From an uncultured Clostridiaceae bacterium (lineage in GTDB: Bacteria; Bacillota; Clostridia; TANB77; CAG-465), in NCBI GenBank assembly GCA_964465775.1, contig CAYXLQ010000020.1, forward strand, positions 1 to 15,149: a stretch of 15,149 nt of DNA. The letters run 5' to 3'. The translations under genes and the position numbers were made by a program. Numbering within the stretch: position 1 is the stretch's first letter; each line of letters starts with the position of its first letter. This document shows, piece by piece, positions 1-7,388 of the stretch. Below the pieces are notes generated by a model. The model did not search any database. It was not told the DNA's origin and saw nothing but the letters and a program-made list of their open reading frames with translations.

Positions 1-69
1 TTCTCTGACATCATTGTTAGGCGTACTTGCAGGTTCGTTATATCAGATACTTTTTAGATTGTTTTTAAA

Positions 70-429
70 TTAACCTTGTCCTGTAACTTGTCCTGTAATA
101 TCAACAATAAATTGTATGATCCATGTTGCTCCAAATACAAGCGCAGCTCCTATTGCAAGTATACCCATACTTTTCTTAATATCTGCTTTTTGATCTGCTG
201 ATGCAAACATATATCTTACTCCAGCAAAAACAACAGCTGCTACTGCTAAAATTTGTAGTATTAATTTTACTGTATTCCAAGCTTTACCAACTGCTGTTTC
301 TACAGTTGGAATCGAACCCCCTAATGAATCAATAACAGGTGATATAGGATTGGCCATTACAGGAAGCATAAAAGCTCCTATTGCAACAACTAACATTAAT
401 GCTATCGTTATCTTATTAAATTTCTTCAT
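70..429 (-). CDS. Small secreted/membrane protein with VirB2/TrbC-pilin-like architecture
   Basis: ORF 70..483 trimmed to the ATG at 429 (MKKFNKITIAL...). That ATG has GGAGG 6 nt upstream, and the longer start lies inside the predicted promoter. The protein has a signal-like N-terminus ending ...PVMA/NP, then two hydrophobic helices split by the short charged loop ASADQKADIKKS. The AG.RYMF...G..L.FGA pattern is typical of T4SS VirB2/TrbC-type pilins. Family call is by eye only. Confidence 0.5.
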   Translation of the reverse strand: MKKFNKITIALMLVVAIGAFMLPVMANPISPVIDSLGGSIPTVETAVGKAWNTVKLILQILAVAAVVFAGVRYMFASADQKADIKKSMGILAIGAALVFGATWIIQFIVDITGQVTGQG

Positions 430-462
430 TTTTTTCCTCCTTAAAAATGTTTTCATATCTAA

Positions 463-490
463 ATTATAGCAAAAATTAGGCATTATGCAA
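463..490 (-). promoter_or_regulatory. Sigma-A type promoter for the VirB2-like gene
   Basis: Minus strand reads TTGCAT (490..485), a 16-nt spacer, then TGcTATAAT (-10 at 468..463 with an extended TG). Near-consensus, about 30 nt upstream of the ATG at 429. Confidence 0.55.
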
Positions 491-562
491 GTCTTTTTTT
501 AGTTTTTTTCTCTTTATTCTATTATTGTAATTTTTTTGTAACAATTTGGCTTCTTATTTTTC

Positions 563-591
563 TTTACAAACCGTGTAATAATTATTATACT
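563..591 (+). promoter_or_regulatory. Candidate sigma-A promoter for the M23 peptidase gene
   Basis: TTTACA (563..568), 17 nt, TATACT (586..591). The implied leader is very short (RBS GGAGGGG at 598..604, ATG at 608), which lowers confidence. Confidence 0.35.
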
Positions 592-607
592 TACATTGGA
601 GGGGCCC

Positions 608-1097
608 ATGATTAAAAAATATTTTTATTCTATTTTTACATTTTTTCTTTCAATAATCTTTTTTTCAAGTAACGATGTTAACACGAATTCTACTCTATCA
701 TTTCCTATTAGATTAGATTACTATATTTCTTCTAACTACGGTTATAGAACAGTCGGTACATACCATTTCCATAATGGCATTGATATTCCTAAGCCTCCTG
801 GTACTCCTGTGTATGCTTTAGCAAATGGTGTTATAAACTATATTGGTTTTTCTTCTTCATATGGGAATTATATTATAATAACCTATAGCAATGGTTATAA
901 ATCTTTATATGGACATATGTCTGGTATCTATCCATTTTCTGTCGGTGATTATGTTACCACTAACGACATCGTTGCTTATATCGGTCCTACTCGTCTTAAA
1001 TCTGGTATACGAAATGGTTTTACTACTCGGACCACACCTCCATTTTACTATCTATAAAAACAATAAATTGCTTGATCCCCTCACAATATTCAAATAA
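608..1097 (+). pseudogene. M23 (LytM-type) metallopeptidase with N-terminal membrane anchor, interrupted by a +1 frameshift near 1028
   Basis: Frame of ORF 596..1057 gives the TM segment YFYSIFTFFLSIIFFSS, the H.G.D motif (FHNGIDI) and ...SLYGHM.... The indispensable C-terminal motif GPHLHFTIYKNNKLLDPL is in the frame of ORF 891..1097. Skipping the single C at 1028 joins ...IRNGFTT to GPHLHF.... Start set at ATG 608, downstream of GGAGGGG, rather than TTG 596. Confidence 0.75.
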
Positions 1098-1175
1098 ATT
1101 TATGATAACAATATTGTCTATGATATTTTATATTTACAATTAATTATTACCAAGTCAAGTATATATTACACTTAC

Positions 1176-1206
1176 AAAAAAACAATAGGATATTTCACCT
1201 ATTGTT
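1176..1206. terminator. Bidirectional rho-independent terminator between the convergent M23 and SSB-like genes
   Basis: Hairpin ACAATAGG (1182..1189) / loop atatttca / CCTATTGT (1198..1205). It is flanked by an A-run on the left (a U-run for the minus transcript) and a T-run on the right. Confidence 0.7.
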
Positions 1207-1267
1207 TTTATCTTATAACATTGTATTGATTTACTTCAAATATCTAATTAATGCTCTTGTTCTGTTC

Positions 1268-1918
1268 TTACTTTCTATCATCTTTTAATACATCAAGTTT
1301 AGATATAGATACTTCATATGCTACTCTATTTTCTATTTTTCCGTTATCATATTTTTTTTCATAATTTCTTGATTGTATTCTTCCAACTATTTGAACTACC
1401 GTTCCAGTTTCCAAACTCTCGCAATATTTAGCATTTCTTCCCCATATGATGCAAGGTATGTAATCCGATTTATTATATGCCCGATTAATCGCAAGAGATA
1501 TATCTGCAATATCCCTTCCTAGTGGTGTTTTCCTATATGTTGGTTTTTTACATATCGTTCCTGTTGCAGTTATTTCATTTATCTCTTTAAACGCTTCGCA
1601 TAATTCTAATTGCTGGATTTCCTTTACAAAAACAAATAAAATAAGCCTGTTTTTATTGTTTTCCTCCAATTGATTATATGACCTATATTGTCCTTCAACA
1701 TAAATTGCTTTGCCTTTTTTTAAATCTCCTACATCTATTAACCTCTCTGAAATTATAACCATCAATTTGTCACTTTGTCCACTGAGTCTATTTGTTTCCA
1801 AATAGAATTTATAGAACTCTTCTCCATAGGTTTCATGACTTAGCTCAGGTGATGATGCCACTGTACCGCTCATTTTAACTATGTTATTTCCGAAAGCTTG
1901 GTCCATTGTTATTCCCAT
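1268..1918 (-). CDS. Double OB-fold single-stranded-DNA-binding-like protein, paralog 1
   Basis: 216-aa ORF with AAGGAGA 9 nt upstream of the ATG at 1918. It contains two SSB-like OB modules. The C-terminal one reads ITATGTICKKPTYRKTPLGRDIADISLAINRAYNKSDYIPCIIWGRNAKYCESLETGTVVQIVGRIQSRNYEKKYDNGKIENRVAYEVSISKL, which fits the classic SSB pattern. The N-terminal half has the same layout (NNIVKMSGTV...GKAIYVEGQYRSYN...). Confidence 0.65.
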   Translation of the reverse strand: MGITMDQAFGNNIVKMSGTVASSPELSHETYGEEFYKFYLETNRLSGQSDKLMVIISERLIDVGDLKKGKAIYVEGQYRSYNQLEENNKNRLILFVFVKEIQQLELCEAFKEINEITATGTICKKPTYRKTPLGRDIADISLAINRAYNKSDYIPCIIWGRNAKYCESLETGTVVQIVGRIQSRNYEKKYDNGKIENRVAYEVSISKLDVLKDDRK

Positions 1919-1973
1919 ATCATTCGTCTCCTTTAAAATTATTTTTTAAGAGTACATATTTAAACATACTATT

Positions 1974-2001
1974 ATTATAACATTTTATATTCAAAAGTCA
2001 A
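1974..2001 (-). promoter_or_regulatory. Sigma-A type promoter for SSB-like paralog 1
   Basis: Minus strand: TTGACT (2001..1996), 16 nt, TGtTATAAT (-10 at 1979..1974, extended TG). Confidence 0.55.
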
Positions 2002-2063
2002 TTGTTATTGCACTAACCACACGTCAAACCACAATTACATTTTACATAATCTGTTGCACTTAT

Positions 2064-2095
2064 AAAAAAACAATAGGATCTCTCACCTATTGTTT
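2064..2095 (-). terminator. Rho-independent terminator of SSB-like paralog 2
   Basis: Hairpin CAATAGG (2071..2077) / loop atctctca / CCTATTG (2086..2092), with the A-run 2064..2070 giving a U-run on the minus transcript. Near-identical to the terminator at 1176..1206. Confidence 0.65.
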
Positions 2096-2132
2096 AATAT
2101 TATATTATATTATATTGATTTGTTTTAATTAA

Positions 2133-2795
2133 CTAATTTATATCTTTATTTTGTTCTTCAGTACTATCTTCTTTTAACATTTCAAATTTAGACACTGATA
2201 CTTCATATGCTACTCTATTTTCTATTTTTCCGTCATCATATTTTTTTTCATATTTTCTTGCTTGTATTCTTCCAACTACTTTAACCGTTGTTCCTGTTTC
2301 TAAATTTTCACAATACTTAGCATTTCTTCCCCATATTATACAAGGAATATAATCCGATTTGTTATATGAACGATTAACTGCTAGAAGTATGTCTGCAATA
2401 TCTCTTCCTAGTGGTGTTTTTCTATATATTGGTGTTTTACATACTGTTCCTATTGCAGTAAGCTCATTAATTGTTCTAACACTTTCATTTACTTCTAATT
2501 GTTGAATTTCTTTAACAAATACCGATAAAATCAATCTACTCTTATTGTTTTCATCTATTTGATTATACGATCTATATTGCCCTTCAATATAAATTATTTT
2601 CCCTATTTTAAAGTCCTCAACATCTATTAACCTTTCTGAAATTATAACTGGCAATTTATCATTTTGTCCACTAAGTCTATTTATTTCTATGTAAAATTTG
2701 TAAAATTTTTCTCCATATATTTCATGACTTAATTCAAGTGATGATGCCACCGTACCACCCATTTTAACTATGTTATTTTCAACAGCTTGCTCCAT
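2133..2795 (-). CDS. Double OB-fold single-stranded-DNA-binding-like protein, paralog 2
   Basis: 220-aa ORF with AAGGAGGA upstream of the ATG at 2795. It is colinear with the 1268..1918 product along its whole length, with most residues identical by eye alignment. It has an acidic C-terminal tail (KEDSTEEQNKDIN). Confidence 0.65.
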   Translation of the reverse strand: MEQAVENNIVKMGGTVASSLELSHEIYGEKFYKFYIEINRLSGQNDKLPVIISERLIDVEDFKIGKIIYIEGQYRSYNQIDENNKSRLILSVFVKEIQQLEVNESVRTINELTAIGTVCKTPIYRKTPLGRDIADILLAVNRSYNKSDYIPCIIWGRNAKYCENLETGTTVKVVGRIQARKYEKKYDDGKIENRVAYEVSVSKFEMLKEDSTEEQNKDIN

Positions 2796-2814
2796 GCTTC
2801 TTCCTCCTTTGATC

Positions 2815-2843
2815 TTTATACCCTATTCTTATGTTTTAGACAA
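2815..2843 (-). promoter_or_regulatory. Candidate sigma-A promoter for SSB-like paralog 2
   Basis: Minus strand: TTGTCT (2843..2838), 17 nt, TATAAA (2820..2815). Confidence 0.4.
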
Positions 2844-2844
2844 C

Positions 2845-2884
2845 AAAAAAATTACTATGTTTTGCCTATTATATCATAGTAATT
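2845..2884 (-). terminator. Rho-independent terminator downstream of the TraX-family gene
   Basis: ATTACTATG (2851..2859) / 15-nt loop / CATAGTAAT (2875..2883), with the A-run 2845..2851 giving a U-run on the minus transcript. Confidence 0.55.
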
Positions 2885-2930
2885 TTATTTTGTAAATACT
2901 TATGTTAATGCTCTGTTATCGTATTACCTA

Positions 2931-3755
2931 TTATTTCAATAAAATCATAATCGAAGTAATGTATAATAACATGTGATGTATTGGAAAAAACGAATAATAA
3001 ATTATGTTTATCCACTTTCTTTTTTTTCCTCTTTCACCATTATATAAATATATTGGGATAATAGAGAGTAGCATATACCAATATATCGTTGTTTCATTAT
3101 TAGTAATTATATATATCATAGACAATATAATTGCTAATATATAGGTGTATTTTATGTTCTTTTCTGAAACAAATGAAAGTAATAATCCTTTCATTGATAG
3201 TGTGTTATTATTTCTGTTTATATATACAATTATTTTAAATCTTTCAATAAAATAAAATATAAGTCCAAGTATTAGTGTGTTATAGCCATAATCTATAGGT
3301 ATAAAACTGTATATCATTATTATCAAAATTAATAATAACATTTTTATAATCAAATTCCAATTGCCATTTATTTTTTTAAATATATGTTTTTCATGAATTA
3401 ACCAAAATGTAATCAATAACAAAGTAAATGAAAATACTATGTTTAAATTTGTTACAACTGATAAGTTATTCTTTCTAACATCAAACAACGAAGTAATATA
3501 AATTACTATTTGAGTTATTACTGATAATGAAAAAATTCGAAGAATATATTTTTTCAAATCTTTTGTATAAAAGAAACCTTGAACTAGCATGTACAAAAAT
3601 AGAGGCATAGATATTCTGCCTATTACCCTACATAGATAATATATGTTTGTATTTATAATATCTATAAAATAATAACCTATATGATCAATTAACATTGTTA
3701 TCATTGCTATGATTTTTAGTCCATCTCTATTTATTTCTACTTCTTTTATATTCAT
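2931..3755 (-). CDS. TraX-family polytopic membrane protein (putative acyltransferase)
   Basis: 274-aa highly hydrophobic ORF. The N-terminal block GLKIIAMITMLIDHIGYYF...CRVIGRISMPLFLYMLVQGFFYTKDLKKYILR matches the TraX family signature (LK.IA...M.IDH.G ... GR..FP.F.F..VEGF..T.n..KY). Confidence 0.65.
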   Translation of the reverse strand: MNIKEVEINRDGLKIIAMITMLIDHIGYYFIDIINTNIYYLCRVIGRISMPLFLYMLVQGFFYTKDLKKYILRIFSLSVITQIVIYITSLFDVRKNNLSVVTNLNIVFSFTLLLITFWLIHEKHIFKKINGNWNLIIKMLLLILIIMIYSFIPIDYGYNTLILGLIFYFIERFKIIVYINRNNNTLSMKGLLLSFVSEKNIKYTYILAIILSMIYIITNNETTIYWYMLLSIIPIYLYNGERGKKRKWINIIYYSFFPIHHMLLYITSIMILLK

Positions 3756-3769
3756 TCTTTATTATTTAC

Positions 3770-5080
3770 CTATTCTCCTCTCTCTAGTAATTCCATCATG
3801 TTTGTTTTATATGCTTCCACACCGGGTTGATCGAATGGATTTATTCCAAGTAAATATCCACTAATTGCACAAGCTTTTTCAAAAAAGTATATAAGCTGTC
3901 CCACATTATATGGTGTTAAATCTCCTATGTTAAGAGATATTACAGGTACTCCTCCATCTATATGCGCTTTATATGTTCCCATATATGCTTGCTTATTTAT
4001 ATAATCAATACTTTTACCTGCAAGATAATTTAATCCATCTATATTATCAATTGTTTCTGGCAATTTTATCTGGCTTCTATCTAATCCTATACTTATCATA
4101 GTCTCAAACATATTTCTTTTCCCTTGTTGAATATACTGCCCCATAGAATGAAGATCTGTTGTAAAATTCATTCCTGCCGGGAATATCCCCTTACCTTCCT
4201 TGCCTTCGCTTTCACCAAACAATTGCTTGTACCACTCTATGAAATAATGTAAATGAGGCTCATAACTCGACATTATTTCTATAGTCTTTCCCTTTTGATA
4301 TAGTATGTTCCTTGTTGCTGCATATCTATAGCAATCATTATTTTTAATATCCTTTTCATTATATAAATGACTTGCAAACATTGCTCCATCTAGTAATTCT
4401 TCTATATCTATTCCTGCAACTGCTATAGGAAGAAGTCCAACTGCAGTAAGTACAGAATATCTTCCACCAACGTCATCTGGAACTACAAAAGTTTCATAAT
4501 GATTTTTCTCAGCGATTTCCTTAAGTACACCTTCTTCTTTATCTGTAGTTACAAATATGCGTTCTACAGCTCCACCAACTCCATATTTTTCTTCCATAAA
4601 CATTTTTAACATTCTAAATGCTATCGCTGGTTCTAATGTTTTACCTGACTTTGATATAACATTAATTACAACGTCTTTATCTTCTATGTATTCTATCAAA
4701 CTTCTTATATACCTAGGACTTATATTATGCCCAGCATATAATATTTCTGGTCCATTTCTTTTATTGTGGCTTAGCATATTATGCATAGGATCAGTAAACA
4801 TATCTATGATAGCTTTAGCGCCAAGATATGAACCCCCAATACCAACAATTATAAACACATCTGCCTTTTTTCTTATAATATTAGCTGCTTCTATAATCCT
4901 TGCGATTTCTTCTTCATCTCTATTTTCTGGAAGTGTCATCCATCCAAGCATATCACTTCCCTTACCTGTCTTTTGCTCAAGTTTTTCGTGTGCTGCATAC
5001 ACTCTGTTTTCTATCTCCTGGTAATCATATTCCCTTATTTCTTTTATTACTCCATCAAAATTCAATTTTACTCCGTTCAT
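3770..5080 (-). CDS. pgi: Glucose-6-phosphate isomerase
   Basis: Motifs GIGGSYLGA, INVISKSGKTLEP and VGGRYSVLTAVGLLP, with a length of about 436 aa, are typical of the Firmicute-type PGI. The ORF-track start at 5089 is a GTG that forms part of the RBS GAGGTGA, so ATG 5080 (MNGVKLNF...) is preferred. Confidence 0.9.
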   Translation of the reverse strand: MNGVKLNFDGVIKEIREYDYQEIENRVYAAHEKLEQKTGKGSDMLGWMTLPENRDEEEIARIIEAANIIRKKADVFIIVGIGGSYLGAKAIIDMFTDPMHNMLSHNKRNGPEILYAGHNISPRYIRSLIEYIEDKDVVINVISKSGKTLEPAIAFRMLKMFMEEKYGVGGAVERIFVTTDKEEGVLKEIAEKNHYETFVVPDDVGGRYSVLTAVGLLPIAVAGIDIEELLDGAMFASHLYNEKDIKNNDCYRYAATRNILYQKGKTIEIMSSYEPHLHYFIEWYKQLFGESEGKEGKGIFPAGMNFTTDLHSMGQYIQQGKRNMFETMISIGLDRSQIKLPETIDNIDGLNYLAGKSIDYINKQAYMGTYKAHIDGGVPVISLNIGDLTPYNVGQLIYFFEKACAISGYLLGINPFDQPGVEAYKTNMMELLERGE

Positions 5081-5096
5081 ATGTTTCACCTCTTCA

Positions 5097-6233
5097 TCAA
5101 TTATTATAGAACTTATTTAAAATATTTGCAAGACATCTTGCAGAATAATATGCTTCTTCTAATGAATTCCCCGTGGTTCCAACCTCAATTAAAAAAGAAT
5201 GTTTTATCATATCTTGATTATATTTTGAATTCCTTACAATCATGGGCCTAAACAATCCCGGATACATCTCTTCTCCTAATTTTTGTAATTGCAAAGCTAA
5301 TGAAAGGTTTTCTTCCCAATATTCATTTTTATAACTTTCTGTTCCTAATCCCATTACAAACATAAGTTTTGCTACTTTTACGCCATTTATTTGTACTGTT
5401 GGCCCCTCAGTTAGATCTGCAAGAGCATCTCTATGAACGTCTATTGATAATCCTATTCTTCCCTTTGTTTCTATATTATTTTTAATCGTTTTCCTAGAAT
5501 TAGTGTATGCTATTTCATAACTTCCATAATCATGTGGCGTTGTATCAAATATGGTTTCCATGTTCTTTTCTTTTAAACTTTCATTTAATGTATTCCCTAC
5601 TGAAATCATGTTGTATTTAGCATCTCTTGTTCTATAAGTACTAGTATAATCAAATTTATAATTCTTACTATTAGTATATGACTCCGATGTATGCGTTGAA
5701 TATATTAATACCGGATCACTTTTTTTAGTAAGAGTTATATTCTTTTTATATAAGGACAAAAAATCAATGTTCTTTTGACTGGAGTAGTTCAATATAGTAG
5801 CATTGTATATTTTTATTTTTTGCATAGTATTTGTTTCATTTTTTGAATAATTTTCTTTTTCGATTTTAGCGAATACCGCTGCGCTATCTATATCTACTAA
5901 TGAAATATCAAATTCATCTTTTTTTCTAATCTTAACCTTTTCTGTTCCTGTTTCTGTTTTAATTTCTTGTTCTTTAGTTCCGCTTACTACAAAGGGTGTC
6001 TGATTTATTGCCATAACTAATATTTCTTTTTCTTTACTTTGAATTCTAATTAAATTATTTCCCATTAAAAGCAAATTGTTTTTTGTATGTTCATTTTTTA
6101 ATATTGCTTTTCCTATACATACCATAACAAATGATAATATCATGACACAAAATATGTGTTTGCTAATTTTAAAAATATTTTTAACATCAATCTTATTTTT
6201 TGATACATTAAAAAAGCCGCCTGAAATTTTCAT
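5097..6233 (-). CDS. spoIIP: Stage II sporulation protein P (SpoIIP amidase/endopeptidase family)
   Basis: 378-aa ORF with an N-terminal TM anchor (IFCVMILSFVMVCIG). Conserved SpoIIP blocks are present: VLIYSTHTSESY, GLSIDVHRDAL, KLMFVMG, NQDMIKHSFLIEVGTTGNSLEEA. RBS AGGTGAAGTGG lies upstream of ATG 6233. Confidence 0.85.
   Translation of the reverse strand: MKISGGFFNVSKNKIDVKNIFKISKHIFCVMILSFVMVCIGKAILKNEHTKNNLLLMGNNLIRIQSKEKEILVMAINQTPFVVSGTKEQEIKTETGTEKVKIRKKDEFDISLVDIDSAAVFAKIEKENYSKNETNTMQKIKIYNATILNYSSQKNIDFLSLYKKNITLTKKSDPVLIYSTHTSESYTNSKNYKFDYTSTYRTRDAKYNMISVGNTLNESLKEKNMETIFDTTPHDYGSYEIAYTNSRKTIKNNIETKGRIGLSIDVHRDALADLTEGPTVQINGVKVAKLMFVMGLGTESYKNEYWEENLSLALQLQKLGEEMYPGLFRPMIVRNSKYNQDMIKHSFLIEVGTTGNSLEEAYYSARCLANILNKFYNN
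5103..5131 (-). promoter_or_regulatory. Sigma-A type promoter for pgi embedded in the 3' end of spoIIP
   Basis: Minus strand: TTGCAA (5131..5126), 17 nt, TATAAT (5108..5103). Lies inside the last codons of the upstream CDS, about 25 nt before the pgi ATG. Confidence 0.5.
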
Positions 6234-6298
6234 AAAACCACTTCACCTAGTCCTATGTTTATTACAAACAGCTATAATTTATAACTACTATTATTAAT

Positions 6299-6718
6299 TT
6301 AATCTAATAATTCTGTCATTGATTCATTATATTTCTCAAGTACTCTTACAGTTCTTTCTTTTAAATCAATAACTTCTTTTTTTATATCTAACAGTTTTTC
6401 TTTCTCTACTTCAATTAAAGTTTCTATTCTTTGTTTTTCACTTAATGCTTCTTGTCTAGCATTTTCAAGAATATTCCTTGCCTGATCTTCCGCAGTTATT
6501 AAAGCGTTGGCTACTTTTTCTTGTTTTCCGATATATTCAGTATCATAACGTTCTAACTTTTTTCTGATGATTGTAATCTCATTTGAAAGCCTATTAATTT
6601 CCGCTTTTTCCGCTTGCAAAGAGCTCTCATGATCAGCTTTCATTTCTCTTAGATATTCTTCAACTTCTTTTTTATCATATCCAAACATCTCAGAATTAAA
6701 CTTCTTTTCGTTCTCCAT
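6299..6718 (-). CDS. DivIVA-domain coiled-coil protein
   Basis: N-terminal F..EMFGYDKKEVEEYLREM fits the DivIVA motif (F....GYd..eVd.yL). The rest of the 139-aa protein is charged heptad-like coiled coil. GGAGG RBS is present upstream. Confidence 0.7.
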   Translation of the reverse strand: MENEKKFNSEMFGYDKKEVEEYLREMKADHESSLQAEKAEINRLSNEITIIRKKLERYDTEYIGKQEKVANALITAEDQARNILENARQEALSEKQRIETLIEVEKEKLLDIKKEVIDLKERTVRVLEKYNESMTELLD

Positions 6719-6866
6719 TTATTACTACCTCCACTGCTACTTCTAACGCTCATTTTAACAGATTTCTATCGTTTTTTCAACACTTTCCACAAAAGTTGTT
6801 GTTTTTATAATTTTTATATATAAATATCTCCCTTTTTGTTACTATTTTATTAACTTTTTGTTATTT

Positions 6867-6897
6867 TGAATAATTTTAAAATTTTATTCAAATAATA
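6867..6897 (+). promoter_or_regulatory. Candidate forespore (sigma-F/G-type) promoter for the spoVA operon
   Basis: TGAATA (6867..6872), 18 nt, aATAATA (6891..6897), compared with the B. subtilis sigma-G consensus TGAATA-N17/18-CATAnTA. The implied leader to ATG 6913 is very short, so this is tentative. Confidence 0.3.
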
Positions 6898-6912
6898 TTG
6901 TTGGTGATTATA

Positions 6913-7374
6913 ATGAGTTATACAAAGCTTGATATGACAAAAGAAGAATATTCAGAATATGTTAAGGAAAAGGAAAAAACAAGTCCATTAGCTAAACATT
7001 GCTTAGTTGCATTTTTGGTTGGCGGGTTAATATGTAGCATAGGTCAATTTATTTTTGATATATTGGAAAAAAAGTGTGGTTTTTCTTTTAAAAACGCTTC
7101 TACATATACAACTATTTCGCTTATCTTTATTGGTGCTTTACTTACAGCATTAAGAATTTATTGTAAAATTGGCGATAAAGCAGGAGCTGGTTCTATAATT
7201 CCTATTACTGGTTTTTCAAATTCTATTGTTTCTAGCGCTATAGAACATAAAACAGAGGGTGTAGTAATGGGTATTGGAGCTAACATGTTTAAAGTGGCTG
7301 GACCCGTAGTTGTTTATGGTATATGTTCTTCAATGATTATAGGATTTATATACTGGTTAATAAAATTGTTTTAA
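6913..7374 (+). CDS. spoVAC: Stage V sporulation protein AC
   Basis: KHCLVAFLVGGLICSIGQ..., ...GAGSIIPITGFSNS... and a 4-TM layout are typical of SpoVAC. Start moved from TTG 6898 to ATG 6913 (GGTGA upstream). ATG 6934 cannot be excluded. Confidence 0.85.
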   Translation: MSYTKLDMTKEEYSEYVKEKEKTSPLAKHCLVAFLVGGLICSIGQFIFDILEKKCGFSFKNASTYTTISLIFIGALLTALRIYCKIGDKAGAGSIIPITGFSNSIVSSAIEHKTEGVVMGIGANMFKVAGPVVVYGICSSMIIGFIYWLIKLF

Positions 7375-7388
7375 GGAGGAAATAGTAA

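Larger units (their letters stand above)
1166..2795. repeat. Tandem duplication (period about 865 bp) of the SSB-like gene plus its terminator
   Basis: Copy 1 spans roughly 1166..1906 and copy 2 roughly 2054..2783. Similarity covers the CDS and the 3' hairpin (cacttaCAAAAAAACAATAGGAT.T.TCACCTATTGTTT). Long identical runs occur, e.g. atacttcatatgctactctattttctatttttccgt in both copies. The 5' promoter regions are not similar. Confidence 0.8.

Noticed and set aside
1-69. Possible start of another minus-strand gene (ATGATGTCAGAGAA reading out of the window from position 14)
   Set aside because: Only 14 nt of putative coding sequence are visible and there is no Shine-Dalgarno upstream. This cannot be supported from the window.
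891-1097. ORF-track entry of 68 aa overlapping the M23 gene
   Set aside because: It is not an independent gene. Only its last 22 codons (GPHLHFTIYKNNKLLDPLTIFK) make biological sense, and they are the frameshifted C-terminus of the M23 peptidase.
1098-1175. AT-only palindrome ACAATATTGT and neighbouring weak hairpins downstream of the M23 gene
   Set aside because: The stems are short and purely A/T, so such structures are expected in DNA this AT-rich. The clear hairpin at 1182..1205 already explains termination.
4557-5251. Three plus-strand ORFs (4557..5024, 4900..5109, 4973..5251) antisense to pgi and spoIIP
   Set aside because: They give low-complexity Leu/Ile/Ser/Phe-rich translations, have no RBS, and lie fully antisense to strongly supported genes. 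This is typical of spurious ORFs in AT-rich DNA.
6076-6297. 73-aa plus-strand ORF antisense to the spoIIP 5' end
   Set aside because: Antisense shadow ORF with no RBS and a low-complexity sequence.
6234-6298. Sigma-E-like CATA box (CATAGGAC, minus strand around 6257..6250) upstream of spoIIP
   Set aside because: It matches only the CATA core of the consensus and has no convincing -35 element at the correct spacing. This is too weak to call.
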